A DNA stretch of 64,000 nucleotides from Myxococcota bacterium. GTDB taxonomy: Bacteria > Myxococcota_A > UBA796 > CAJQPC01. Positions 23,596 through 31,609 of this stretch are shown here, piece by piece (the first letter of the stretch is position 1; each line of letters begins with the position of its first letter). The stretch spans positions 32,001 to 96,000 of the forward strand of contig JAZAMN010000008.1 of assembly GCA_036229005.1 (NCBI GenBank). The letters run 5' to 3'. The translations under genes and the position numbers were made by a program. The notes beneath the pieces are model-generated. The model worked only from the letters and a program-made list of their open reading frames with translations. It made no database searches and was not told the DNA's origin.

Positions 23596-23955
23596 CCATT
23601 TGTCCTGCAACAGCGGTGGAGCTCGATTGATTGAACGTCGATGTGTTCTCTACACCATCGGGGCACAGGTGGAGCCCCAAGCCGGGTACGAGCCGGCGGC
23701 TTCGACGAGTGTCTCGCTCCGGGGATTTGCAGGCAGCGCGGTTTGGATTCAGCTTCCAGCACGCAGTCTCTGTTTGATGCCCCTGTGTGACCCCGGGCTG
23801 TGATGGGCCCTGCGTCTACCAATTCCGTCACCCCCGCGTAGATGGTGCGGGGGGGAGGACTCGAACCTCCACGGGTCGGGGCTGAGCTTGTCGTTGTGGT
23901 TGAGCTTCCTCGCTGGGGGGGGTGGCCCTCATCGGGGCCAAAGACAAAGGGGAGT
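23596..23955 (-). ncRNA. putative structured ncRNA with two circularly permuted tRNA-like domains
   Basis: Domain 1 (23805-23882): GGAGG-TTCGAGT-CCTCC, CCCCCGC-A-CCA, TCTAC, GCGGGGG-TG-ACGGAATTGGTAGACGC. Domain 2 (23636-23707): GCCGG-CTCGTAC-CCGGC, TTGGGGC-T-CCA, CCTGT, GCCCCGA-TG-GTGT-AGAGA-ACAC. Flanked by long-range helices. Confidence 0.75.
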
Positions 23956-24699
23956 TCAGGGGATGAGGTAGCGCATCAGCCGGTCACCCAGAGCGGACTG
24001 CTCCACCTCCAGGTCGTTGGCCTGCTCCACGGCGAACTGGATGGCCCGCCGCACCCGCTCGATGCGCTCGAGCAGCTCACGCTTCTCGGGGGCCGGCAGC
24101 GCGGCGCTGGTGTCGGTCTGGACCCAGTGGCCCACGACCTTGTTCACGTCGACCAGCTCGGACTGGGCCGGGTGCTCGACGGTGGCCTGGACCAGGACGA
24201 TGGGCTCCTTCACCCGCTCGGTCTTGGCCCGCTTGATCACCTCCGCGCGGTACTGGCCGCTGGCGGCATCCAAGGTCCAGACCTTGGAGTTGTCCAGCAC
24301 GGGGAGCTGGCCCACCAGCTCCGCGAGGTCCTTGAGGCGCTTCTCCAGGGTGAGCAGCAGGGGGACGGGCACGTCCTCCAGCAGGGTCTGGCCGTCGACC
24401 ACCACGTCGGCCTTGGCCTGCATGTTGCCCACATCGCAGGTGGCCACCACGTTGATCCAGTCGGACATCAGGGTGCGGACGTCGCGGAGCAGCTCCGCGG
24501 CGTCGGCCTGGATGACCTTCTTCTCGTCGGGGTACAGCCCCTCGTTCTCGGTGGTCAGGGCCTCGAACTTCTTGTGCATCCCCACAAAGTCACCGGGCTT
24601 CTTGGCCTGGTGGTAGTGCTTGGAGAGCTGGGAGGTGGCGCGCTGCGCGGCGCCCTTGCGGATGCCCACCCACTGGTTGAGCTTGGTCTTGGTCGTCAT
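23956..24699 (-). CDS. conserved hypothetical protein (from memory resembles the DUF7873-type family; unverified)
   Basis: MTTKTKLNQW..AKADVVVDGQTLLEDVPVPLLLTLEKRL..LPVLD..ATVEHPAQ..VGHW..ALP..AVEQAN; strong GC3 bias. Confidence 0.85.
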   Translation of the reverse strand: MTTKTKLNQWVGIRKGAAQRATSQLSKHYHQAKKPGDFVGMHKKFEALTTENEGLYPDEKKVIQADAAELLRDVRTLMSDWINVVATCDVGNMQAKADVVVDGQTLLEDVPVPLLLTLEKRLKDLAELVGQLPVLDNSKVWTLDAASGQYRAEVIKRAKTERVKEPIVLVQATVEHPAQSELVDVNKVVGHWVQTDTSAALPAPEKRELLERIERVRRAIQFAVEQANDLEVEQSALGDRLMRYLIP

Positions 24700-24787
24700 T
24701 TCTCTTGCCTGTGTTCTGGGCAGGAGTAGTCCCCGGCTTCGGGGGGACCAGATGCGACACGGATCCGTCACAAATGGAGCTTGAAGC

Positions 24788-26785
24788 TCATGGTTGGGCC
24801 ACCGCCGCCTGCAGCTCCACGACCTCCCACGCGCCGGGGGCGGTCTCGGTCACGACACGCAGCACCTCGCCGTCGCTGACGATGTCGCGTACCCGACCTC
24901 CGAGGGGCTCACAGCCCGAGGCGGTGCAGAGCTGATCCTGGACCACCCACGCAGCCTCTCCTCCCCAGAACACGGGGGGGTGCTGCAGGGAGAGCGCGGG
25001 GGAGGCGGCCAGGATCTCGGGGGAGGACCAGCTCTCGCCGCCGTCGGTGGAGGTGACGCGCAGGAGCTGGGTGGATTCGTCGCCGCGGCTGAGGACCAGC
25101 AGCTCCAGGGCGCCGTCGCGCGCCTGGAGGGTGGGCCAGGCCAGGCGCCAACTGCCGGAGAGGGGCTGGGCGTCGGCGAGATCGACGGGCTGGGTGCCCT
25201 CGAAGACCCAGTCGCTGCCCTGCCAGTGGCCGGTCTGGAGGTAGACGCGGCGGCGGTCGCGGGCCTCGTTGTTGGGGGGGCTGGCGACCAGGGGGAGCAG
25301 GACGCGGCCGTCGTCCAGGAGCGCGGCGCTGTGGAGCTCGGGGTAGAGCAGGCCGTCGTCGGTGTTGACGCCCTGGACCCAGTCGCCGCCCTCCAGGCAG
25401 GCGTGGCGGATGGCGACGGAGTTGTCGATGCCGGCGCTGGCGATGTCGTCGGGGTTGTAGGGGTAGCTCAGGCAGAGCCGGCCCTGGGCGTCGGTGGCCA
25501 TCGCGGGGCGCCAGAAGGGGCCGACCTCGGCCTCGGGAGCGGGGAGCTCGGAGACCAGGGCGCCGTCCTGGAGCAGGGCGCAGCGGGGGACCCAAGGCAG
25601 GGTGATGTCCCAGTCGACCAGCTCGCGCCAGCACACCGCCTGCTGGCCGCCGAGCTCCAGGCCGACGGGGGCCTCGGCGGCGCGGGAGTCGGGGTCGGAG
25701 AGCTGCAGATCGCCCACGAACACGGCGCTGCGGTGGGCGGGATCGTCGGTCAGAAAGCGCTCTTGAAGCGCCGGAATCCGCGATGTGCGGGAGACGCCCT
25801 GGCGGGGGGACTCGGGGGCGGACTCCATGGCCTCGCTGATGGGGAGGCCCTCGGCCCAGGGCAGGTCCACGCCGGCCAGCGCGGCGATGGTGGGGGCGAC
25901 ATCCTGCAGGGCCCAGGGCCCCTCGACCACCTTCCCTGCGGGCACGCCGGGGCCGATCAGCAAGAGGGGGATGTCGCGGTCGCCGGTGGAGCTGTTGCCG
26001 TGGTTGCGCCAATACTCCTCTTCGGTGGAGTAGTCCGAGCGGTGGCGGCCGTGGTCGGAGGTCACGACCAGCAGGGTGTTCCCGGCGTAGAAGGGGTCGA
26101 GCTGGAGCTGCTCCCAGAGGGTGACCAGGGGGGCGTCCACGTCCTCGATGGCCTTGAGGTAGCCGTCCAGCTCGGGGGCGTAGTGGCCGGTGCGGTCCAC
26201 CGCCTTGAGGTTCACCATCACGTAGGTGGGGTGCTGCTCGCTCAGCAGGCGCGAGAGCTGGGCGAAGGCCGGGGCGTCCTCTCCGGCGGGCTGGATGGAG
26301 CCGGGCTCTTCGGGCACGAAGGCCCACTCGGCGCCCAGAGTCTGCCCGCCTTCGGGGTGCAGGGACCAGGTCATGGGCTCGATCAGCGACTGGTTGGCCA
26401 GCACCATGGCCTGCTCGTCGGGGTGCTGGGCGCGCGCGGCCTCGATCCAGGTGGGCACGAGGGGCCGGTAGCTGCCCGCCCCGAAGTCGTTGGCGAAGTT
26501 CGCCAGGGGCGTGCGGCGCCCGGTCATCAAGATCGCGTGGGCCGGCGCGGTCGTGGTCGTCCCGTAGTTGCGCACCCCCTGGACCAGCGTGCCCTGGGGG
26601 ACCAGCAGCTCGTGGATCAGGGGCAGGCTCTCCTTCCCGGGCAGGCCCGTCAGCTCGCTGCGGGTCTCGGAGAAGCCGTCGTCGGTGCGGATCCCGTCGA
26701 TGACCACCACGATCACGTTCAGCGGGGGCTCGGTGGCGGTGCGGCAGCCGCTCAGGGACAGCAGCAAAGGGAGGGTCGCGAGCAT
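24788..26785 (-). CDS. alkaline phosphatase/sulfatase-superfamily lipoprotein
   Basis: LSLSGC lipobox; VIVVVIDGIR, TTTAPAH, VDRTGH, VVTSDHGR, DVAPTIA. Confidence 0.8.
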   Translation of the reverse strand: MLATLPLLLSLSGCRTATEPPLNVIVVVIDGIRTDDGFSETRSELTGLPGKESLPLIHELLVPQGTLVQGVRNYGTTTTAPAHAILMTGRRTPLANFANDFGAGSYRPLVPTWIEAARAQHPDEQAMVLANQSLIEPMTWSLHPEGGQTLGAEWAFVPEEPGSIQPAGEDAPAFAQLSRLLSEQHPTYVMVNLKAVDRTGHYAPELDGYLKAIEDVDAPLVTLWEQLQLDPFYAGNTLLVVTSDHGRHRSDYSTEEEYWRNHGNSSTGDRDIPLLLIGPGVPAGKVVEGPWALQDVAPTIAALAGVDLPWAEGLPISEAMESAPESPRQGVSRTSRIPALQERFLTDDPAHRSAVFVGDLQLSDPDSRAAEAPVGLELGGQQAVCWRELVDWDITLPWVPRCALLQDGALVSELPAPEAEVGPFWRPAMATDAQGRLCLSYPYNPDDIASAGIDNSVAIRHACLEGGDWVQGVNTDDGLLYPELHSAALLDDGRVLLPLVASPPNNEARDRRRVYLQTGHWQGSDWVFEGTQPVDLADAQPLSGSWRLAWPTLQARDGALELLVLSRGDESTQLLRVTSTDGGESWSSPEILAASPALSLQHPPVFWGGEAAWVVQDQLCTASGCEPLGGRVRDIVSDGEVLRVVTETAPGAWEVVELQAAVAQP

Positions 26786-26819
26786 CTGTGACATCCTAGC
26801 CCCCCACAGCGAGGACAGC

Positions 26820-28532
26820 ATGTCGCAGGGCGGAGATTGGGCCTGGATCGTCGGGGCGGGGTCGGTGGTGCTCATGGCCGCCGGGTGCGCGGGGATGCTC
26901 GGGGTTGGGCTGATGCGGGGCGTGGAGATGCCCGAGGTCGAGGTCCCCACCCCCACCCTCCCGCAGCCCGCGGACATCTCGGAGCCCCCCTCCACCAGCG
27001 AGGACACCCTGCCCCTGACCGAGCCCGCGGAGCCCGTGGAGCCGCCCCCCGAGCCCTCCGAGCGCCCGGAGACGCGGCTTCAGCCCGACCAGGGGTTGGA
27101 CCGGGGGGTGGAGATCCTGGCGGCCGCCTATGGGCAGGGGTTGATCTGGCCGGAGGCGACGCTGTCGGTGTCCCTGGACGGCCTCTGCGCCCAGGGCATC
27201 GCGGCGGCCTGCAACCAGCCGCGGGGGCTGCAGTCCGCCCCCGAGAGCACGCTCACGGTGAACTGCCACGACCAGAACGACGCGCTGTCCTGCCTGGTGC
27301 TGGGCTGGAAGCTCACCCAGCGCGACGCCCGCGGGCGCCCGCACCGGGACCGCCACGACATGCAGTGGGTGGCCCTGAGCGACGTGGACGTGGAGGACAC
27401 GCCGCGGGACATCGAGGGCGCCGACGCCTTCCACCAAGGCTGCGCGCAGCGGGACCCGCGGAGCTGCGCGGAGCTGGGGCGGCTCTATGGCTGGGGCATC
27501 GGGCGCGCGCACGACCCGGAGCGGGCCACGGAGCTGTTCGAGGCCGCCTGCGGGGCGGGGGACGCGCTGGCCTGTAGCTGGTGGGGGGACCGCTTCGTGG
27601 AGAGCGATCCCCAGCAGGCGCTGGCGCTCTACACGCGGGCCTGCGAGGGGGGCTCAGGCGAGGGCTGCCGCAACCAGTACGCGCTCACCGAGGGGGAGGG
27701 CCGGAACGCCATCCTGGAGGGCGGCTGTCTGGAGCACCAGGACGGGCGGGCCTGCACCTGGCACTCCCAGAACCAGGTGGAGCAGGAGCTGGACCCCGAC
27801 GCAGGCATCGCGCGGCTGGAGCTGCTCTGCGACGGGGCGGGCGCCCAGGTCGGGCTGGCCTACCCCTGCGATCTGCTGGCTGGCTACGCCCTCAACGGGG
27901 TGGGCATGCCCTCCAACGCCGCCTGGGCGGTGGAGCTCAACCGCAAGGGCTGCGACGCGGGCGACCCGGCGGCCTGCGCCCACCTGGCCTACCGCTACGA
28001 CGACGGTCGGGGCGTTGCCGCCGACCCGCGGCAGGCGCTGCGTCACCTGCGCATGGCCTGCGACGCCGACTTTGCCGAGGGCTGCCGGTCGCTGGCCGAG
28101 CTGCGCTACTCCAGCGAGCTGGACGACCCGCCGGCCCCCGACAACAGCGAGGCCCTGCCGGCCATGAAGCGCGCCTGCGAGCTGGACGACGGCGAGGCCT
28201 GCAACCGCCTGGCGATCATCTACACCAGCGGCCTCAAGGGGGCGCCGGTCAAGGAGGACCTGGTGGCCGACCTGCACGCCCAGTCCTGCGAGCTGGGCTT
28301 TGCCTGGGGCTGCTTCAACCACGCCTGGTGGGACGACCAAGGGGACAAGGGCAAGGAACCCTGGGCCGCTGCGCGCCTGCTCCAGTCCTGTGAGCTGGGC
28401 CTGGGCGAGGGCTGCGAGGCCTACGCCGACCGCCTGGCCGAGGGGCGGGGGGTGGACGGCGATGCCGGCGCGGCGGCGGCGTATCGGGCGAAGGCGTGTG
28501 AGCTGGGGGTGGCGGGCGCCTGCGAGGGCTGA
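26820..28532 (+). CDS. membrane-anchored Sel1-like repeat protein
   Basis: N-terminal TM, Pro-rich linker, repeated CAELGRLYGWGIG..ACGAGDALAC / ACELDDGEAC motifs. Confidence 0.85.
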   Translation: MSQGGDWAWIVGAGSVVLMAAGCAGMLGVGLMRGVEMPEVEVPTPTLPQPADISEPPSTSEDTLPLTEPAEPVEPPPEPSERPETRLQPDQGLDRGVEILAAAYGQGLIWPEATLSVSLDGLCAQGIAAACNQPRGLQSAPESTLTVNCHDQNDALSCLVLGWKLTQRDARGRPHRDRHDMQWVALSDVDVEDTPRDIEGADAFHQGCAQRDPRSCAELGRLYGWGIGRAHDPERATELFEAACGAGDALACSWWGDRFVESDPQQALALYTRACEGGSGEGCRNQYALTEGEGRNAILEGGCLEHQDGRACTWHSQNQVEQELDPDAGIARLELLCDGAGAQVGLAYPCDLLAGYALNGVGMPSNAAWAVELNRKGCDAGDPAACAHLAYRYDDGRGVAADPRQALRHLRMACDADFAEGCRSLAELRYSSELDDPPAPDNSEALPAMKRACELDDGEACNRLAIIYTSGLKGAPVKEDLVADLHAQSCELGFAWGCFNHAWWDDQGDKGKEPWAAARLLQSCELGLGEGCEAYADRLAEGRGVDGDAGAAAAYRAKACELGVAGACEG

Positions 28533-28533
28533 G

Positions 28534-30273
28534 TCAGATCTGGTTCAGCCCCTCCTTGAGGTCGGCGGTGGCCGCGGCGAAGGGGCCGCTCGAGGCAGCG
28601 CAGCTCTCGGCCCTCTGGACCAGCGAGAGACCACTCTGGCGGACCCTGTCCTGCTTCTTGAGCTGGGTCTTGGCCTGCTGCTTGGCGTCCTGTTCCTGCT
28701 TGGTGTCTTCCGGTTCGGGGGTCTTTGAGATCTCGCCCCAATTGTCTCGGGTGTTGTCCCAGAGGTTGTGGGCGGTGACCACCTTGTCGCCGTCCAGGCG
28801 GGGGTTTCGGTAGCCGGTCGCCTTGCCGGCGACCTCGGACCAGATCCCCTCTTGGCCTTGGGCGGTGCTGCTCTCGTAGTTTGTCTGCGCGTCCAGGAAG
28901 CTCCCGTCGCCGCGAGCGCCGACCAGCAGCCCAACGCCACCCAGAGCTGCGCTCTTGAGGTGCTCTCCGGACTGGGACTGAGCAGCCAGCTTGTGCTTGA
29001 GCCGGGTCTTGTTCCGGGAGCTGATGTACTTGGTCCAGATCCCCAGCCCCAGCGACAGCGCGGCCTGGATCACCTTGATGATCACCAGCGCCCCGGTCGC
29101 CGAGAGGGCCACCGGGATCGCGCCCACCAGAGTGGCCCAGATCGCGAAGGTCCCGATGGCTCTGGAGAACACACCGAGTACATCCTGGAAGGTCAGCAGG
29201 TGGTGGTAGAGACCGTTGAGCGGCTCTCCGAGCTCTGTGGCCTTCACCCCAGCCTTCTTCTGGGCATCGGCGAGCTCAGCGATGAAGCCCTTGAAGCCCT
29301 GCTGGGTGGTGATCTTCCGCCCGCCGTCCCCAGGGGTGAGGGTCTCGGTCGGCTTCCCATCTGAGGTGCTCCCGGAGCTGGCCTTCATGCCATGGTTCTG
29401 GTCCTTCACCAGCCTGGCAACCGACTCCCAGGTCACAGCGCCCCCGGTCAGCATCTCCACGGCGCCCGCGACCAGCTTGGAGCCAACCCACTGCGCCAGG
29501 CGTCCGAGCCAGCTGCTCATGTAGGCTGGCTTCCACTGGAAGCCCACCTCATCCTCAAAGAACTCCCGGGTCCCCTCGGCGCGCGCCATCATCCGATTGG
29601 CCTGCACGCGGCGGTCCTGTAGCTGCTTGACGGTGGCCAGCTCCGAGGAGATGTCCGCGCCCCTGGCCGACTTGTCGCCGATGCTGTCGTAGGCGTCGCT
29701 GGCCTGGTCTGTCCAGGTCTCCGTGAGCTGTTGCCAGAGGAGCAGGTCTTCGATGCGCGCCTCCGCCGAGCGGCTGTCGACTGCCAGCAGGTCGGCGTTC
29801 CAGCGCGGGTCCCCCTCCACCTTCTTGGGGTCATCCTTCAGCTGTTTCTTGCGGGCATCCAAGAGCTGGAGACCCTCGCCGGCGAGCCGGTGATACTCCC
29901 GGAGCTCACTGTTCCTCTTGGACAGGTGCTTGTAGGTCTGCTTTGCCCGCTTCCGAGCCCGCTTCGCCACCTTCTTGCCCCTGGCGCCGTCCAGGTCCTT
30001 GCGGATGTCCCCGGCCTTCTCCGTCTTGGTCCGCAGCCCAAACCAGGTCTTGTGGGTCAGCTTCTCGGCCTCCGCGTCCTGCCCGGCCAGTCCGAAGATC
30101 TTCCGCGTATACCGGTTGGCGTTGAAGCGGCGCAGCGCCGCGTCCCCGTCCAGGGGGTCCTTGAGCGGGTCCTGCATGCTGGCGGGGCCCTGTTCCTGGG
30201 CCGACTCAGCGTGCTCCTGCTCCCCGCCGCCCCTCTCGGACTCCGCGTCCGCCGCCAGCATCTCCTGATCCAT
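28534..30273 (-). CDS. hypothetical protein with hydrophobic hairpin (possible membrane-active effector)
   Basis: 579-aa ORF with GGAGG RBS, weaker GC3 bias than neighbours, long hydrophobic stretch VFSRAIGTFAIWATLVGAIPVALSATGALVIIKVIQAALSLGLGIW. Confidence 0.7.
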   Translation of the reverse strand: MDQEMLAADAESERGGGEQEHAESAQEQGPASMQDPLKDPLDGDAALRRFNANRYTRKIFGLAGQDAEAEKLTHKTWFGLRTKTEKAGDIRKDLDGARGKKVAKRARKRAKQTYKHLSKRNSELREYHRLAGEGLQLLDARKKQLKDDPKKVEGDPRWNADLLAVDSRSAEARIEDLLLWQQLTETWTDQASDAYDSIGDKSARGADISSELATVKQLQDRRVQANRMMARAEGTREFFEDEVGFQWKPAYMSSWLGRLAQWVGSKLVAGAVEMLTGGAVTWESVARLVKDQNHGMKASSGSTSDGKPTETLTPGDGGRKITTQQGFKGFIAELADAQKKAGVKATELGEPLNGLYHHLLTFQDVLGVFSRAIGTFAIWATLVGAIPVALSATGALVIIKVIQAALSLGLGIWTKYISSRNKTRLKHKLAAQSQSGEHLKSAALGGVGLLVGARGDGSFLDAQTNYESSTAQGQEGIWSEVAGKATGYRNPRLDGDKVVTAHNLWDNTRDNWGEISKTPEPEDTKQEQDAKQQAKTQLKKQDRVRQSGLSLVQRAESCAASSGPFAAATADLKEGLNQI

Positions 30274-30347
30274 CTGGACCTCCTGGCGGCTAGGTTTATC
30301 GAGCGCAGAATCTCAGTAAAGACGTAATCATACGGGGCCTTGGGAGC

Positions 30348-31079
30348 TCAGCGCCGCAGCATCGCCCCCACCCCGAACAACCCACCAATCACCAGCGCCA
30401 GCAGCCCGTGCGCTGAGAGCAGGTGGGTCAGGTCGTTGGCGGCGCAGTGGAGCTGTTGGACGAGCAGGCCGACCAGCCCGCCGGCGGTCGCGGCCATCGC
30501 CAGGGTGTTGCGGTCCTTGCGCACCCAACGCGAGAAGAAGAGGATGCCACCCGCCGTCGCCAGGGCCACCACGCTCCCCATCGAGAAGCAGCCCACGATG
30601 GGCTTGAGCGCCCCGTGCGTGTCCATCCCGGGGACCGGGATCAGGGAGATCAGCAGCGGGCTGAGCAGCGCCCCCAGGGCCAGGGCCCAGCCGCCGCGCA
30701 GGGGGGGCCGGTCGGGGCCGCGCAGGCTCATCGCGAGGCTGATGGCGGCGGCGATGGCGGCCAGAGCGGCGGGCAGGGCCATGCCTCGCAGCACCTCGCT
30801 GTCGCCGAGATCTCCGCGGATGCCGCTGCTCACCGTCAGCGCTGCAGCGGTGGTCCCCCCGACTGCGAGGGCCGCCAAGCCCACCCTCACCGGCGTCGGC
30901 AGCGACAGGACCCGCTCCCGAAGCCCCGGGGACTCGGTCTGCGCGTGCAGGTCCGCGAGCATGGACTCCATGTCCATGACCTCGTCGTCGCTCGGCAGCT
31001 CGGGCAGCTTGTCCACCATGGGCTCAGAGATGCCAGAGGACCCCGCCGGGTTCCGTGGATCCGGTGTCAACTCGCTCAC
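30348..31079 (-). CDS. membrane anti-sigma factor (NrsF-like)
   Basis: Multi-TM, QLHCAANDLTHLLSAH motif, coupled to the ECF sigma gene. Confidence 0.75.
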   Translation of the reverse strand: MSELTPDPRNPAGSSGISEPMVDKLPELPSDDEVMDMESMLADLHAQTESPGLRERVLSLPTPVRVGLAALAVGGTTAAALTVSSGIRGDLGDSEVLRGMALPAALAAIAAAISLAMSLRGPDRPPLRGGWALALGALLSPLLISLIPVPGMDTHGALKPIVGCFSMGSVVALATAGGILFFSRWVRKDRNTLAMAATAGGLVGLLVQQLHCAANDLTHLLSAHGLLALVIGGLFGVGAMLRR

Positions 31080-31609
31080 TTGTCCTCCCCCAGCAGCGCC
31101 TGCAGCGCCTTGTAGGCCCGGTGCGCGCGGACCTTGGCCGCCGAGCGGCTGATGCCCAGCACCTGGGCGACCTCCTCCATGGGCAGGCCCTGGTACCAGT
31201 GCAGGATCAGGACCTCGCGCTGGCCTTCATTGACCGCCATCAGGGCCCGGCGAACGGCCCGCTGCTCGGGGGTCGAGGCCTTGGGGCCGACGCTGGGTTC
31301 GTGGGCGTCGGGCTCGTAGGCGACCTCCGGCTTGCGGGCGCGGCGGCGGTGGTGCATGCGCCGCAGGTTGGCGGCGATGGTGTAGATCCAGGGCCGAAAG
31401 GGCGCCCCCGGCTGGTAGTCGCGGCGGGCGCGGTGAAGCTGCAGGAAGCTCTGCTGGACCAGGTCGCGGGCGGCCTCGGGGTCCCCGATCTGCCGCAGGA
31501 AGAAGGCGTTGAGCTTGCCCGCGTAGCGGCGAAAGAGCGCGTCGAATGCGCTGGGGTCATCGCCCTCGCGCACCCGCCGCATCAGCTCCTCGTCGCTGCG
31601 GGCGTTCAC
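31076..31609 (-). CDS. ECF RNA polymerase sigma factor
   Basis: SDEELM..AFDALFRRY..ARDLVQQSFL..FRPWIYTIAAN..EEVAQVLGISRSAAKVRAHRA. Confidence 0.93.
   Translation of the reverse strand: MNARSDEELMRRVREGDDPSAFDALFRRYAGKLNAFFLRQIGDPEAARDLVQQSFLQLHRARRDYQPGAPFRPWIYTIAANLRRMHHRRRARKPEVAYEPDAHEPSVGPKASTPEQRAVRRALMAVNEGQREVLILHWYQGLPMEEVAQVLGISRSAAKVRAHRAYKALQALLGEDK

Noticed and set aside
23373..23831. ORFs 23373-23831(-), 23408-23680(-), 23483-23803(+) across the RNA region
   Set aside because: No GC3 bias or recognisable motifs; they overlap the outer-membrane-factor gene and structured RNA.
23670..23837. Intron-containing tRNA formed from the 5' half of domain 1 and the 3' half of domain 2
   Set aside because: GCGGGGG cannot pair with TTGGGGC; each acceptor strand pairs only within its own permuted module.
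23805..23882. Ordinary tRNA-Leu gene or att-site remnant
   Set aside because: The 3' half precedes the 5' half and there is no anticodon loop. A second domain shares the same permuted geometry, and no integrase is nearby.
23596..23955. Two-piece (permuted) tmRNA
   Set aside because: Neither acceptor stem has the G3-U70 alanine determinant, both have full D-arms, and no tag frame ending in AA-stop was found.
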